DNA of 64,000 nt from Callorhinchus milii. Taxonomy: Eukaryota. The number at the start of each line of letters is the position of its first letter. Within the stretch, counting starts at the first letter, position 1. The stretch is from the NCBI RefSeq assembly GCF_018977255.1, contig NW_024704745.1, positions 36,270,001 to 36,334,000 on the forward strand, written 5' to 3'. The position numbers and the translations under genes were made by a program. Below, in pieces: positions 51,645 through 64,000 of the stretch. The notes beneath the pieces were generated by a model. That model was not told the origin of the DNA. It worked only from the letters and a program-made list of their open reading frames with translations, and made no database searches.

Positions 51645-53625
51645 AGAGGTGACTGTAAGCACGATCAAAAAGGAAGGCCTTTAGGCAGGATTTCAAGGTA
51701 GAAAGGAAGGGAACAAAGCAGAGGGATTGAGGGAGAGAGTTCCAGAGTTTCGGGAATAATGCGTTAAGGCTTGGCCACCGATGGTGGAACGGAGGGGACA
51801 AGAGACAAACAGGAGGGTGGAGCCAGTTGAGCGGAGGCAGGTGGTATTGGTTTGAGGGGGTAAGCAAGTCAGATAAGTAGGGAAATGTGAGGCCATGAAT
51901 GGATTTGAAAATAAGTGAGAGGATCTTGAAATCGACCCGTTCAGTGATTGGGAGTCCGTGGAGGTTGGCAAGGACTGGTGTGATGGGGGTACAGAATTTT
52001 GTGCTGGTGAGGATCCGTGCAGTGGAGTTTTTAATGAATTGAATTTTGTGTATAATAATAATAATAATCCTTGCATTTGATATAGCGCTTTTCACGTCGG
52101 GAGGACGTCCCAAAGCGCTTCACAGAACACACTGTAAAGTGAATTGACTGTATATTTGTGGGTGAACGCGGCAGCCAATTGCGCACAGCAATGTCCCACA
52201 AACAGTCGTTGATTGAAAATGACCAATTTATTATTGTGTTTTGTTTTGGAGGATTATTATTAGGCGTGTGGAGTAAGGAAACTTGCCCAAGGTTTCGCCC
52301 TGCCTGGAATTGAACTCAGGTCTCTCACTTGCAAAGCGAGTGCTCTAACCACTGAGCTACAGGACTCCACGAGTCCTGGTGGGGAGACTAATGTGGAGGG
52401 CATTGAAATAGTCCAACCGGGAAGTGAGGCGTGGATGCGTGGTGTGTCCGTTGTGAGGTATAGACGGAGACGGACAATGTGGTGGAGGTGGAAAAAAGTG
52501 GTCCTGGTTAGTGAACAGATGTTAGATAGAAAAGAAAGCTGGCGATCGAACCTGGCGCCTAAGTTACGCATGGGTTCAGAGAGTTTGAGGGAGATCCCGG
52601 GAGGTTGAGGAGTTCAGAGCCGCAGGAGAGAAGATGTTGATGGGAGCCAAAGAGTATGGCTTTGTTCTTGCTGATATTCAGCTGCAGGAAATGTGCGCTC
52701 ATCCAGGCCTGATGTGTGTCAAACAAGCTGACAGGACAATAGCAGATTGGGAGTCACAGCTGGAGGAGTAGATTTGATTGTCATGCGCATACATGTGGAA
52801 GTTGACCCCATGTCTGCGTATGACATCGCCGAGAGGGAGCATGTTGATGAGCAAAAGAAGGGGGCCAAGGATGGAGCCTTGGTCATAGAGAGAGAGAGAA
52901 TGTCATTTGTTACTTTGATATATTCTGAGCATTCACAGAATTTATGGAGTTATAGTTATTTTGGATGCCGTGGTACAAAGAAATAATAACTGAATGACTT
53001 CTTCCTCAAGGTGGTTCATTGTTCAGTTCATGATTTAGAATTATTTGCTCACGAATTTTCTTCCAACAATAAAGGGTTGCTTCTACGGAAACTCCCTCTT
53101 GTCGGCCTTCCCAACTCTTCCCTCCACAAGCTGCAGATCATCCAGAGCTCTGCAGCTTGTGTCCTTTCCCGCACCAGATTCAGTGACACCATTACCCCCA
53201 CCCTCACCCGGCTCCAATGGCTCCCCATCCCTCAGAGGATTTAAAATCTTCGTCCTCATTTTCAAGGCCCTCCATGGCTTTGCCCCATCCTACATCTCTG
53301 ACATGCTGACCCCCTATCAACCTGTCCGCTCCCTCCGTTCAGCAGGCTCCGGCCTGCTCCATGTCTCCTGCCTGAACCATCGATGGCTGGGCTTTCAGCC
53401 TCTCTGCCCCCTCCCTTTGGAACTCCATCCCACACTCCCTTCACCTTGCTCCCTCCCTTGCCTTCTTCAAGGCATGACTCAAGACCCTCCTTCGTCTGTG
53501 CCTTCAACCACCCTCCTACCCTCTCTGCCCTCCCTCATCTGAACCCTGCCCCCACACGCTCGAGTTCTGATCCCTGACTGTTCAGCGCCTTGGGACATCC
53601 TCCCGATGTGAATGGTGCTTTACAA
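51645..53625. mobile_element. L2 (-) 51645-52880 interrupted by SINE (-) 52052-52370, then L2 (+) 53095-53625
   Basis: L2 motifs in ORFs 51433..52113, 52260..52571 and 53011..53244. Confidence 0.8.
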
Positions 53626-55537
53626 ATTACTAACAATTAGTAAGATATAAAATGCAGAATATTTAATGGAATTTCCTTAAGGAATCTGAGTGAGGGCTAT
53701 GTTCTCGATAATAGGAAATACACAATACTGATCTTTAGTGCTCGATTCCGCATGTAGGTTGTGTTAGAAAGGAGGTCCTAAGATTCATTGTGACGTATGA
53801 GGAATTTCCTTTAGAAGTGACCACATATTAGATTGTGTATTGCTGAGTGAATGTCTGCTGAGTATTGAGCCTGAGCCTGATCTAGTTCATAAAGCATTAT
53901 AGGCTCTCTTTGCATGATCATACTGTTGATTTATTGTTTTATGCAGTCTTCTGCATCATTTTGCTTCTCTATTATTTTGTACAAGCCTTACTTAAATAAC
54001 TGTGCTGCAGTTATAAAAAAGAGTGAGTAAACCAAAACACAAATGCAATACTCTCTTTGAGACATGATTCCTTAAGGTATAAGGTAGAAATCTTTCATTT
54101 GGTATTTGTCTTGTTATCATGTTAGGCAACAGATTGGTAACAGAACTGTCCAAATCTTCTGATCTATTGCTTAATTATTATCCACATTTCAAGTCGTAGT
54201 TTTGATTTCAGACTTCAGTTAGGTTTATACGAAGATAAAAATGTCCAAAAAGACCACTCTGAAGTCTGGAGTAAAAACAATTAAAAACAAAAAGATTTCT
54301 TTGAAAATCCTACAGAATTCTGACAAATAATATCATATTGTTTTCAATATTATTTATTATGCATACCATTTTAGGATGAATAAAATCAGCGCAGATTATC
54401 AAAGCAAAAGCATCTGGCTTCAGAATTCATCCCTAACTCTACTTAGGGCTTTACTGCCATGACTGATTCATGCTCAGATTCAATCTGGACTCTAATAAGT
54501 CCAGTGACCTGGACCACCCTTCCTGACAATCTGATTCATTTGTTAATTACCCTCTGAGTAAACTTCCTGGTGTCTGTCCTGAACCTGAGCAGGAATTCTT
54601 TGATGTGCAAGCACTTAACTGGACTAGTTGAAACAGTTCCAACGTTTTTGTAAACCAATATATCTTTGTTAACTGCTATTAATTACTCAGTTTTCAGAAG
54701 AATTAGAACATTTTATTAGGTATGGTAGTAATTTAGCTATGTGGATCAAGAAATGCAGATTCCATTTTGACAAGTAAAAGAATAGAACTGGCTTTACAAC
54801 CTTTGTAGGGCAAGTGCAACCTTTTCTATTCATTTTGAATTGCTGTGATTCTTATATGTAGGCTTTGAATTTTTTTAATACTTCATCTGACAGAATATTG
54901 TCAAATATTGAAATGAGCACACTGTTGAATAGAATGTGGTTGCAAACATCCAAATAATAGAGTATGTTTTTCAAATGTGTGAGCTGAAAACTATACAAGA
55001 AGTAATTCTTGGTTCCTGGGATAATAATAATCCTTACATTTGATAGTCTTTTTACTGTGAAGTGTAATGACTGTGTATTTGTGGGCAAATGCAGCAGCTA
55101 ATTAGCGCATAGCAACAGTTTTCCCAGACAGTAAATTGAGTGAGCAATTTTATCTGGGGGATTAATAGCCAAGGATGAATTTGAATTGAATTTTGTTTTG
55201 TTTGTCAATGAAATCAATCCACTGTCATGTGTGCAAAAGGATGTCATAGAGAAACCCAAATGCTTATACATCTTGGAGTTAGATAGGCATTCTCACAACC
55301 CATAACGCGAAACCTGTTTTCAAATCATTTTCCTATGGAGGAACGTCAATGTTAATTTGGTAAGGAATACATGTGTCGGGATTCTTTAAGGATTCCCTTG
55401 TTTTGATAAGCAAAATGCATACTTTATGGAATCCTGCATAATTTGCTTTTAAATGTTTATATTTAAATGTTTGTGCTAGTCGATGCAATGATGCAACATG
55501 CCACAGAAACAGAAAGAGGTGCCAAAACAGGACAATA

Positions 55538-56480
55538 GCAGCAACAACAAGAACAACAACTTGAGTTTATATAGCGCCCTCCACGCTGGACGGAGTCTCA
55601 GAGTGCTTTACAGTTTCGGATCCCGGGACTGAGCCAGGGGGAGGGGGAGAAGGTGACCAAAGGCGCGGTCAAAAAGAAAGGTCTTCAGCAGAGACCTGAA
55701 AATGGAAAGGAAGGGAATGAGACAAAGGGAGTGAGGAAGGCAGTTCCAGAGCTTCGGGGCATAGTGGCTGAAGGCACGGCCGTCGAGTGTGAAATCGGAG
55801 GACTCTGGGGACGAGGAGGAGGCCCGACCCAGAAGAACGAAGGCAATGGGTACTGTGCTGAGGAGAGAGGAGGTCAGAGAGGTAGGGGGTGCAGAGGAGT
55901 GCAGGGACTTGAATACGAGGGTGAGGATCTTGAAATCGATCCTCTCTGGGATAGGCAGCCAGTGCAGTCTGGCAAGGACTGGGGTGATCGGGGAGCGGAG
56001 TTTCGTGCGGGTGAGAATGAGGGCGGCAGAGTTCTGAATGAGTTGGATTTTATGGATGGTAGTGGATGGGAGACCGGCAATGAGGGCATTTGAATAGTCC
56101 AGCCGGGAGGTGACAAAAGGCATGGACCAGGGTTTCAGCGGCTTTTGGGGAGAGGTATTGGCGGAGACGGGCGATGTGTCAGAGGTGGAAGAAAGCAGTA
56201 CTGGTGAGGGACCGAATGTGGGGGAGGAAGGATAATTGGGGGTCGAACCTGATGCCAAGGTTGGGTACGGGTTCAGAGAGTTTTACGGGGAGGTCGGGTA
56301 GGTGGAGGAGGTGAGAACCATGAGATTTTAGACGTTGACGAGAGCCGAAGAGTATGGCTTCCGTCTTGTCAACGTTCAGCTGAAGGAAATTTGTGCTCAT
56401 CCAGCTCCTGAGATCTGACAGGCAGGCTGACAGAACATCAGGGGACTGGGGGTCGCAAAGAAAGGTGGAAAAGTAGAGTT
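55538..56480 (-). mobile_element. L2 fragment, about 940 bp
   Basis: [44 protein letters not shown]. Confidence 0.9.
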
Positions 56481-56483
56481 GGG

Positions 56484-57080
56484 ATGCAAGTAGATGAGCA
56501 AATGTTCCAATTTATGTTTGCAGCCTACAGCAAGAAGGACAAAGTAAAGGCAGAAATTCTGAATATTCTAGTTCTAGAGTATAATTATGAAGTAGCAAAT
56601 TATAATTATCATATGGGTGTTGATCTAATGCAGATTAATCCTATTTTAAACCAATTCTCTTTTTTTCCCAAAATGCCTTCAACCATATGGAAGAAAATAC
56701 TCAGAAGAGACAACAGTGAAGCATTTGAATGTCAGCAGAAATGCAGAGGTTCCCTATTGTAGTGAAAGATGAGGACATGTAACATGTACGACAGAGATCT
56801 TTGGAATAATGAGTGATGGAGAAGTACATTTTGTCTGACCTAACTGTTGAAAGCAGTGGCGGTGAAGCGGAAGTCCAGATTGACAAAATCTGGTTGGAGG
56901 TTTTGAAAATAAATGATCCTTTCACAGGGAAATATTGTTTTACAATTCTGTACCAGCTTGCTAAAGTTCAACTGTCACATTGTAATGCTGACCATGAATT
57001 GTTTATAGGTAGCAAAACAGATGGAGACTAGATACACTATAGCTGCTGGCTTTGCAGAAGCAATTCTTATCTGCAGAGTA
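56484..57080 (+). mobile_element. Decayed hAT-like DNA transposase fragment
   Basis: KIWLEVLKINDPFTGKYCFTILYQLAKVQLSHCNADHELF resembles the hAT dimerisation region W...F..L..LAK.VL.LPHSNADxERxF. Confidence 0.55.
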
Positions 57081-58097
57081 ACAGTTAAGGGATACTAAAG
57101 GTTTCAGAATTTGACCATATAAAACATAAACAGGGTCGGGAAGAGCTGATAAAATCTACAGTAACTTGGTGTAGATCAATATCTATGTTTCTCTAGTCAT
57201 ATCCAGAGCGCAATTTATGTGCAAAATTAGTTTCTATATGTTTGGTAATCCTGTCGAATAGCTAGGTACTGAGGTAGCTTGGCAATAGTACTAGAGCAGT
57301 TAAGTTAGTTAGTTAGTTATGATGAGTGGCTGGATAAGGATAAGGTTATACCCAGTGGATTTGAGGCAATTAAGAGGTGATCTGACTATTTTGACTAATG
57401 GAGGGAATTGCCAAGTTAGATAAGGTAACTTCCTGTCTTCAGTAGAGCAGTTAGACCAAAGGGATGTAGAGTGATTTGTGATTCTTGACGTTAGTAATAA
57501 TAAATGCTGATAATCTTTGCATGTTGAAAGAGCATCCTCAAGTAATAAACAGGGTTCACTGTAAATAATAATAATCTTTGCATTTGATATAGCACCTTAT
57601 CACGTCTGGGAGATGTCTCAAAGCACTTCACAGAACATATTGTAAAGTGTCGTGACTGCATTTTGTAGATGAATGTGGCAGCCGATTTGCACACAACAAT
57701 GTTCCGCAAATTACCATGAAGTGAATGACCCGTTTTATCTGGGCTATTGATGGCCAGGACAGTGGGAGAAACTTCTTTCATTTTTGAATAGTATGATGAG
57801 ATCTTTAACACCATTCTGAAATGGCAGACAAGGCCTTAATTTAATGCCTTAAATGTAGGACAGCACATTTGACAGTGCAGCACTCCTAGCATTGCTTTGG
57901 AGTAGCAACCTAGATTGTGAGTTCAAAGTCCCAATTTGAACCCTTCAAATTGCGATTCAGTGAATAAGTTGGTAAGTGCTACCAACTGAGCCAGGCTGAC
58001 AGATATATACTGGAGGTAAGGGTAGTGAAGGATATTGAGTAAGAGTGGGGAAAGGTGATTAAAAACTCTGCCATGATTTAATAGAACATTGAATATT

Positions 58098-58389
58098 GCT
58101 TTGCAAGTGAGAGACCTGAGTTCAATTCCAGGCAGGGCGAAACCTTGGGCAAGTTTCCTTACTCCACACGCCAAATAATAATCCCTCCAAAAAAACAAAA
58201 ACAATAATAAATTGGTCATTTTCAATCCACGACTGTTTGTGGGACATTGCTGTGCGCAATTGGCTGCCGCGTTCGCCCACAAATATACAGTCAATTCACT
58301 TTACAGTGTGTTCTGTGAAGCGCTTTGGGACGTTCTCCCGACGTGAAAAGCGCTATATCAAATGCATGGATTATTATTATTATTATTAT
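58098..58389 (+). mobile_element. SINE, short subfamily, 5'-truncated in the tRNA head
   Basis: Begins at gctttgcaag. Confidence 0.9.
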
Positions 58390-60233
58390 AAAATAGCAGT
58401 AAAGGCTTCAGGGGTCCAATTGTTGTTTCTTTATTCCTATTGGTTTGTTCTTTTCATATCTTTGAATGTAATAATTATACCTTTGAATTTAATAAACTGT
58501 TCAAAAATGTGAGGAAAAATATGGTATGATATCAGTAATAGTCAACTGAATGTGCATAATATTCAGATTGAACCATGTGTGCACACGTAGAAAGAGGAAT
58601 ATGATGAATAAAGGAATGAAAGCCAAGAAAGTAAGAAAGAGTGATTTTCTGATGAGATGGACAAATTACTCTTTGCAAACACAGTGAATGAAACATTGTA
58701 ATTGAATGTTTGGGATGAATACAATTAACTCTGACTCAAATCGCTACATGTTACACACGATGAGCACAAAGAGGACTGAAATAGCACCTCTAGCTTGGAG
58801 CACTGTTTTAAAGGTTTGTGTTTGTGCAGCATTATATCAAGGACACAATTGGACCAACCCCTTAAAGCCAGAGAAAATCTGCAAAGTTTTGAAAAATAAA
58901 TCCTGAGACATCTGTGTCTGATTGCTTGGACTGGAGACCATGCTTTGGCGGAATAAGACATTTAGAGGTTTCAGCATCAAAATTATTGTCTTAATTTTTA
59001 TGAACACATAGAATTGTTGGAATTTTTTTACATTCAGTTTAAATTTGGAAGCTAATTTTCTGGAGGTTGCAATTCAATACTGAGCTAAAGCAACTTCTAG
59101 ATTACAGTTAAAATTAAATATTTTCCCAAACCTTCAATGTTATGAAAATGGTCTTGGAGCTAAAACCATGAGAAATCTGGACTTCAGTTGTTTGACAAAT
59201 GCAATTTTAAATTTGTATTTTTCCATCACGTTGAGGGATGTCAGTGTTGGATAATTCCTAGTTGAGATATAGAAGGGTAAAATGTGGTAAACACCTTTGT
59301 CCAATCTTCTGGCTTTGTCCCAAGATTAGAGTCTGGTTTATGCTGATCACTAAACGGTGATGTTTTTTTGGCTCCTCGTTTGGATCTGTAACTATGAAAG
59401 ACATTGACTGGCTGAATTTGTCAACAATTTTTTAAATGGGTCACAGTTTTTGCCCTTAATAACCTAGTGCATCATCCCATTCACTGAAAACAAACTTTAA
59501 AAACATGTGACAATTTGTCAAATGAAACCAACTAATCTATACTGATGGCTACTTCACAACTTTATCCATGAAAATCAGAGAAAACTTTAGCATTCTCAAC
59601 AATCTATCCTGCAAGTTCACCCAAACGAAATACAATGGGTGGGAGCCCAGTTGTTGGTCAATTGGCAGATTGTTTTTCAAGGGGGTAATAATTCCTTCAA
59701 ACAAAATAATAATAAATTGGAAATTGGTCACTTCAATCCAAGAATGTTTGTGGCACACTGCTATGCACAATTGGCTGCCACTTTTTACCCACAAAATATA
59801 GTCAATTTACTTCACGGTATATTCTGTGAAACGATTTAAGACATCTCAAAGCCGTGTTAAGGTGCTATATCAAAAACAAAGATTATTATTATAGTATTCA
59901 GTATTCTCTTTCCAGCTTCCTCCAGTTTGTTTTTTGGCAGATTTAACACAATTCAGAAAATAGATTTGCCTGATAATGAAACACAGCCCTCAATAATGCA
60001 TTTTAACCCTCATCCCAGAGAGCGTCATTGCTAATTTAAATTCTGAAATGTAGACGCTAGCATTTAGGGCTACATTTTAGGAACTCTTGATAGCTTCTCA
60101 TCTAAAGCATTCTCCAAGAAAATGTAGCAATCAGTAGGAATAGGACAACAGGGCTGGAAGGCTCAAGGGGTGGAGCCTGTGCCTTCTGAAGAGGTGCCAT
60201 CACTCTTTTGGGGGCTAGGCTGAGCTGAGAAGG

Positions 60234-60452
60234 GTGGAGACCCTGGCTATTATGGTGTTTCACAAGGCCCTCTTTGGGAAAGTCAGACAGTGAATAAATA
60301 TGTTGAGGAGGAAGTATGCATGGCAGGAGGTGATTTCCCAGCTACATTTAATCACTGAGACTAAATGGACACTTCGGGAGGTCTGGAAAGATTTCCGTCT
60401 TTCGAAACAAAGTGCTGAAATAAGACAGTATCCAATTACTGTTATCAAGTGA
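60234..60452 (+). mobile_element. Myb/SANT-like domain remnant, probably Harbinger/PIF DNA-binding ORF
   Basis: VETLAIMVFHKALFGKVRQ*INMLRRKYAWQEVISQL...LREVWKDFR: LFG...AW.E...W.D pattern with one internal stop. Confidence 0.45.
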
Positions 60453-61669
60453 AGATGCTCAACTATATTCAACCAGAAATAGAGATAATTATATATATAA
60501 TAGATAAAATAATTCATCACTCAATGTAAATCTGGTTGTGCACCCTGGTGTACTAAGTGCATTACTCTAGCTTTGTGCTGCACAAGTCAACTGCTAGAAA
60601 ATAGAAATGAGAGGAAAGTACTGAGTTACCAACTGTAAACGTGAACCTTTACTGACATTTTGAACTTGTTCTTTCTCAGTAAATGAAGGACACAGGCCTG
60701 AGCACCAGCATATGGAGAGCAAACCTACTGAAACATTGGCATATGCTTATTGAGTTCCAGACCTCTAGACATAACATGCATTGGCTCTGACAGCACCAAA
60801 GGGAGCACAGGTGTTGAGCAGGTTGAACAGAATAAGTTATGGACACAGCTTTCACTGGGGAGTATGTAATGTAGTTGTCAGAGGTATCCCAACGTGGATG
60901 TAACATCTGAAGGGAAAGTTGAACCAATGGACTCTAGGCTGATTGATACAATGATGTGTTTTTATCGAAAGAGCATAAGGAATTCATCCCTTCTTAACAG
61001 AACAACCGAAGAAAATAAATCTTAAAATAAAATGTTGGCCCTACTCTAGGATTTGCAATTCACAAAACAAATCTCACAGAAAAGAACAAAGATGGCAGAC
61101 AATGTATCTGAAGAGAGAACTCAATATGTGCTGCCACCTAGTGGGCATTCATTAATGCTGATGGCTGTTTTAAAACCATGCAAGCTTTATAATAATCCTT
61201 TAATTTACTAGAATGCTTTATCGTGTTGTCAAAGCACTTCAACAACAACAAGATTCCATTTATAGAGAGCCTTTCACGTCGGGAGGACGGGATGTGCTGG
61301 AACTGTGTGAATAATTTTGGGTGAATGGAGCAGGTAGTTTGTGAGCCGAAACATCCCACAAACAGCTATGGAGTGAGATTGCCAGTAAGGATGAAAAAGA
61401 ACTTGTGTTCTTCTGCTGCATAACTACCATTAAAAAAAACTTGCATTTGATATAACGCCTTTCATATAAGGAAAATGTCTCAAAGTACTTCACAGGACAT
61501 TATGTAAAATGTTGTGATCATGTATTTTGAAGGTGAACATGGCAACTACTTTGCACACAGTAATGCCCCATATACAGCCTTGAAATGAATGGTCTATTTT
61601 ATCTGAGGAATTATTGGCCAGCACACTTGCAGAACCTCCCTTCTTCATGGGAAATATTCTCTCTATCGA

Positions 61670-63925
61670 ACGCATGGTTGAAGAGGAGGCTCTTGAGATG
61701 GGTCTTAAAGGAGGTAAGGGAGGGGGCGAGGCAGCGGGACTGCAGGATGGAATTCTAGGGGGTGGGGGCAGAGTGACTGAAGGCGCTCCTGCAAATAGTG
61801 GGTCGAGCGAGGCGGGGGAACGGGCAACAGGCAGATGCCCGTTGAGTGGAGGATGCAGGCAGGTTGGTAGGGGATTAGGAGGTCACAGAGGTAGCGGGGA
61901 AGCAAAGCCATGGAGGGCTTTGAAGGTGAGGAGCAGGATCAAAGTCGTGGCACGGATGTGGGGTAGAAAGGATAGTTGACAGTCAAACAAGATCCCAAGA
62001 TTCCGGACTGTGTTAGTAAGGTGGAGTGTGCATCCTTGGATAGTGATGCTGTCAGTGCCTGAAGTGTGGAGGTGCTGACCAGAGCCAATCAGGAGGGTCT
62101 CGGTCTTGTTGACGTTCAACTGACGAATGTTGAATGTTTGTTAATGTTGATGTTTGTGTGAAATGTTCAATCATACAGTTAATTTCCTCAAGAATTTGGT
62201 ATTATAGTGGAAGATAACACTTGAATTTAATGAATAAAATCATACAATGTCTGACAAACATCAGGGCCTGAATGAGTGCAAACTTCCTGCACCTGAATGT
62301 AGGACAAAATGGAGCCATAGTCTTTGGCTCCCGTCAATGCATTCCCTCCTGTGGATCTAAACTACTCAACATCCCTTGACTCTCCCTCAGACTCACCAAA
62401 CCAGTGCGCGATCTAGGTGTCCAGTTCGACCCCCAGCTGTCCTTCCTCCCCCACATCTGTTCCATGACCAGCTGACAGCATCAGCATCCAAGGCTGCACT
62501 CTCCACCTCTCAAAGCCAGTCAGAAACCTTGGTGTTCTGTTCGACCCTGAGCTGTCTTTTCTCCCTCATATCCGCGTCACAACTGGCACTGCCTTCCATC
62601 ACCTCCGGAACATCGCCAGACTACGGCATTACCTCACCCCTCACTCTGTTGAAACTCTGGTCCACGCCTTCATCACCTCAAGGCTGGACTATGGGAACTC
62701 TCTCCTTGCCGGCCTTCCCGTCACCTCCCTCCACAAGCTGCAGGTCATTCAGAACTCTGCAGCTCGTGTACTGTCCCGCACCAGACTTCACGACCACATC
62801 ACTCCCACTCTCACTCGCCTCCACTGGCTCCCCATCCCCCAGAGGATCGAATTCAAGATCCTCATCCTCGCCTACAAGGCCATTCACGTCCTTGCACCCT
62901 TCTACCTCTCCGACCTACTATCCCCTACCTACCCGCCCGTACCCTCCGTTCCTCTGGCTCCGGTCTGCTCCACATCCCCTGCCCCAACCGCCCTACCATC
63001 GGTGGTCGGGCCTTCAGCCTCTCAGCCCCTAGGCTCTGGAACTCTATCCCCCAGTGCCGTCACCTTGCCTTCTCCCTTTCCTCCTTGAAGGCCGGTCTCA
63101 AGACGTTTCTCTTTGACCGAGCTCCCCTCTCGACTCTCTACCCCCTCCTCGCTCCCTCCCTTCCCTCCCCTCACCCTGACCATTTCCCCCCTGCTCAGGT
63201 CCTGACCCAACTGTACAGCACCTTGGGACGTCCTCCCGACGTGAAAGGCGCTCTATAAATGGAATCTTGTTGTTGTTGTTGCTGACCAGAATTACCTTCC
63301 TCCACCTCAGCCACATAGCCTGCCTCCGACTGTACCTTAACCTAAATGCAGCCGAAACCCTAGTGCATGCCACCTTCCACCCAAACACACTTCTCACTGG
63401 TCTCCCAGCTCCACTATTCAAAAAATCCAGCTCATTCAGAACTCTGTCACTTACATGCTTACCTGGACCAAACTCCATACCCCCATTTCACCAGTTCTGG
63501 CCAGGCTCCACTGGCTCGCCAACATTGAATGGACCAATTTCAAGATCCTCACACCCGTGTTCAAATCCATTCACTCCCTGACACCTCCCTACCTCTCCGA
63601 CCTCCTAACTCGCCAATCCACCTCCCAGTGCCTTTGCTCGACTGGTACCAGCCTCCTACCTGTCCCTTGCACCCTCTGCTCTACCATTGGAAGTTGCAGT
63701 TTCAGCCACTATACCCCGAAACTGTGGAACACTCTCGCTCAATCCCTATGCCTTGCCCCCTGTCTCCCCTTTTTCAAGTCCTACCTGAAAACCTTCCATT
63801 TTAACCATGCTTACGGTCACCTCCCCCACCCCCCCACACCCCAGCTCGGAGTCAGGCTCGGAGTTTGCCACTGTTAAGCGCTCTGAGATGCTACCCTGCA
63901 TGGAGGGTGCTATGTAAGTTGTTTT
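61670..63925. mobile_element. L2 cluster: (-) 61670-62130, young (+) 62410-63282, older (+) 63283-63925
   Basis: 62410-63282 closely matches 2440-3277 including its 3' tail; the next L2 starts right after the (TTG)n. Confidence 0.85.
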
Positions 63926-64000
63926 TGTTAAATGAAATGGTCAGTTAAGTGGAGAATTCTTGTCACTGGTCTTGGTAGACAGAAGGCTTTGTGCATTTCC

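Noticed and set aside
1-64000. CRISPR arrays, rRNA genes or prokaryotic systems
   Set aside because: Eukaryotic intronic DNA; recurring sequences are dispersed SINE/LINE copies, not repeat-spacer arrays.

Overview
AT-rich, repeat-dense vertebrate genomic DNA. The repeat set (L2 and CR1 LINE fragments, a tRNA-headed SINE with an L2-type tail) and a shark-type Ig sequence point to a cartilaginous fish, probably a holocephalan (inference). Nearly all ORF-track entries are TE fragments or chance ORFs. The standout is 30763-31449 (+): an intronless, 5'-truncated, frame-intact copy of membrane-form IgM heavy-chain mRNA (part of Cmu3, Cmu4, TM1, TM2). It is followed by about 190 bp of probable 3'UTR and then directly by a young same-strand SINE, with no poly(A) and no Ig cluster nearby. 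It appears to lie antisense in an intron of an unidentified multi-exon minus-strand gene whose candidate exons I chained by eye. Also present: decayed Hero/NeSL-like, hAT-like and Harbinger Myb/SANT-like remnants, a 120-bp SINE-tail palindrome, and a ~95-bp inverted repeat whose arms each look like a 32-nt exon. No tools were used; identity figures are estimates and repeat boundaries are approximate.
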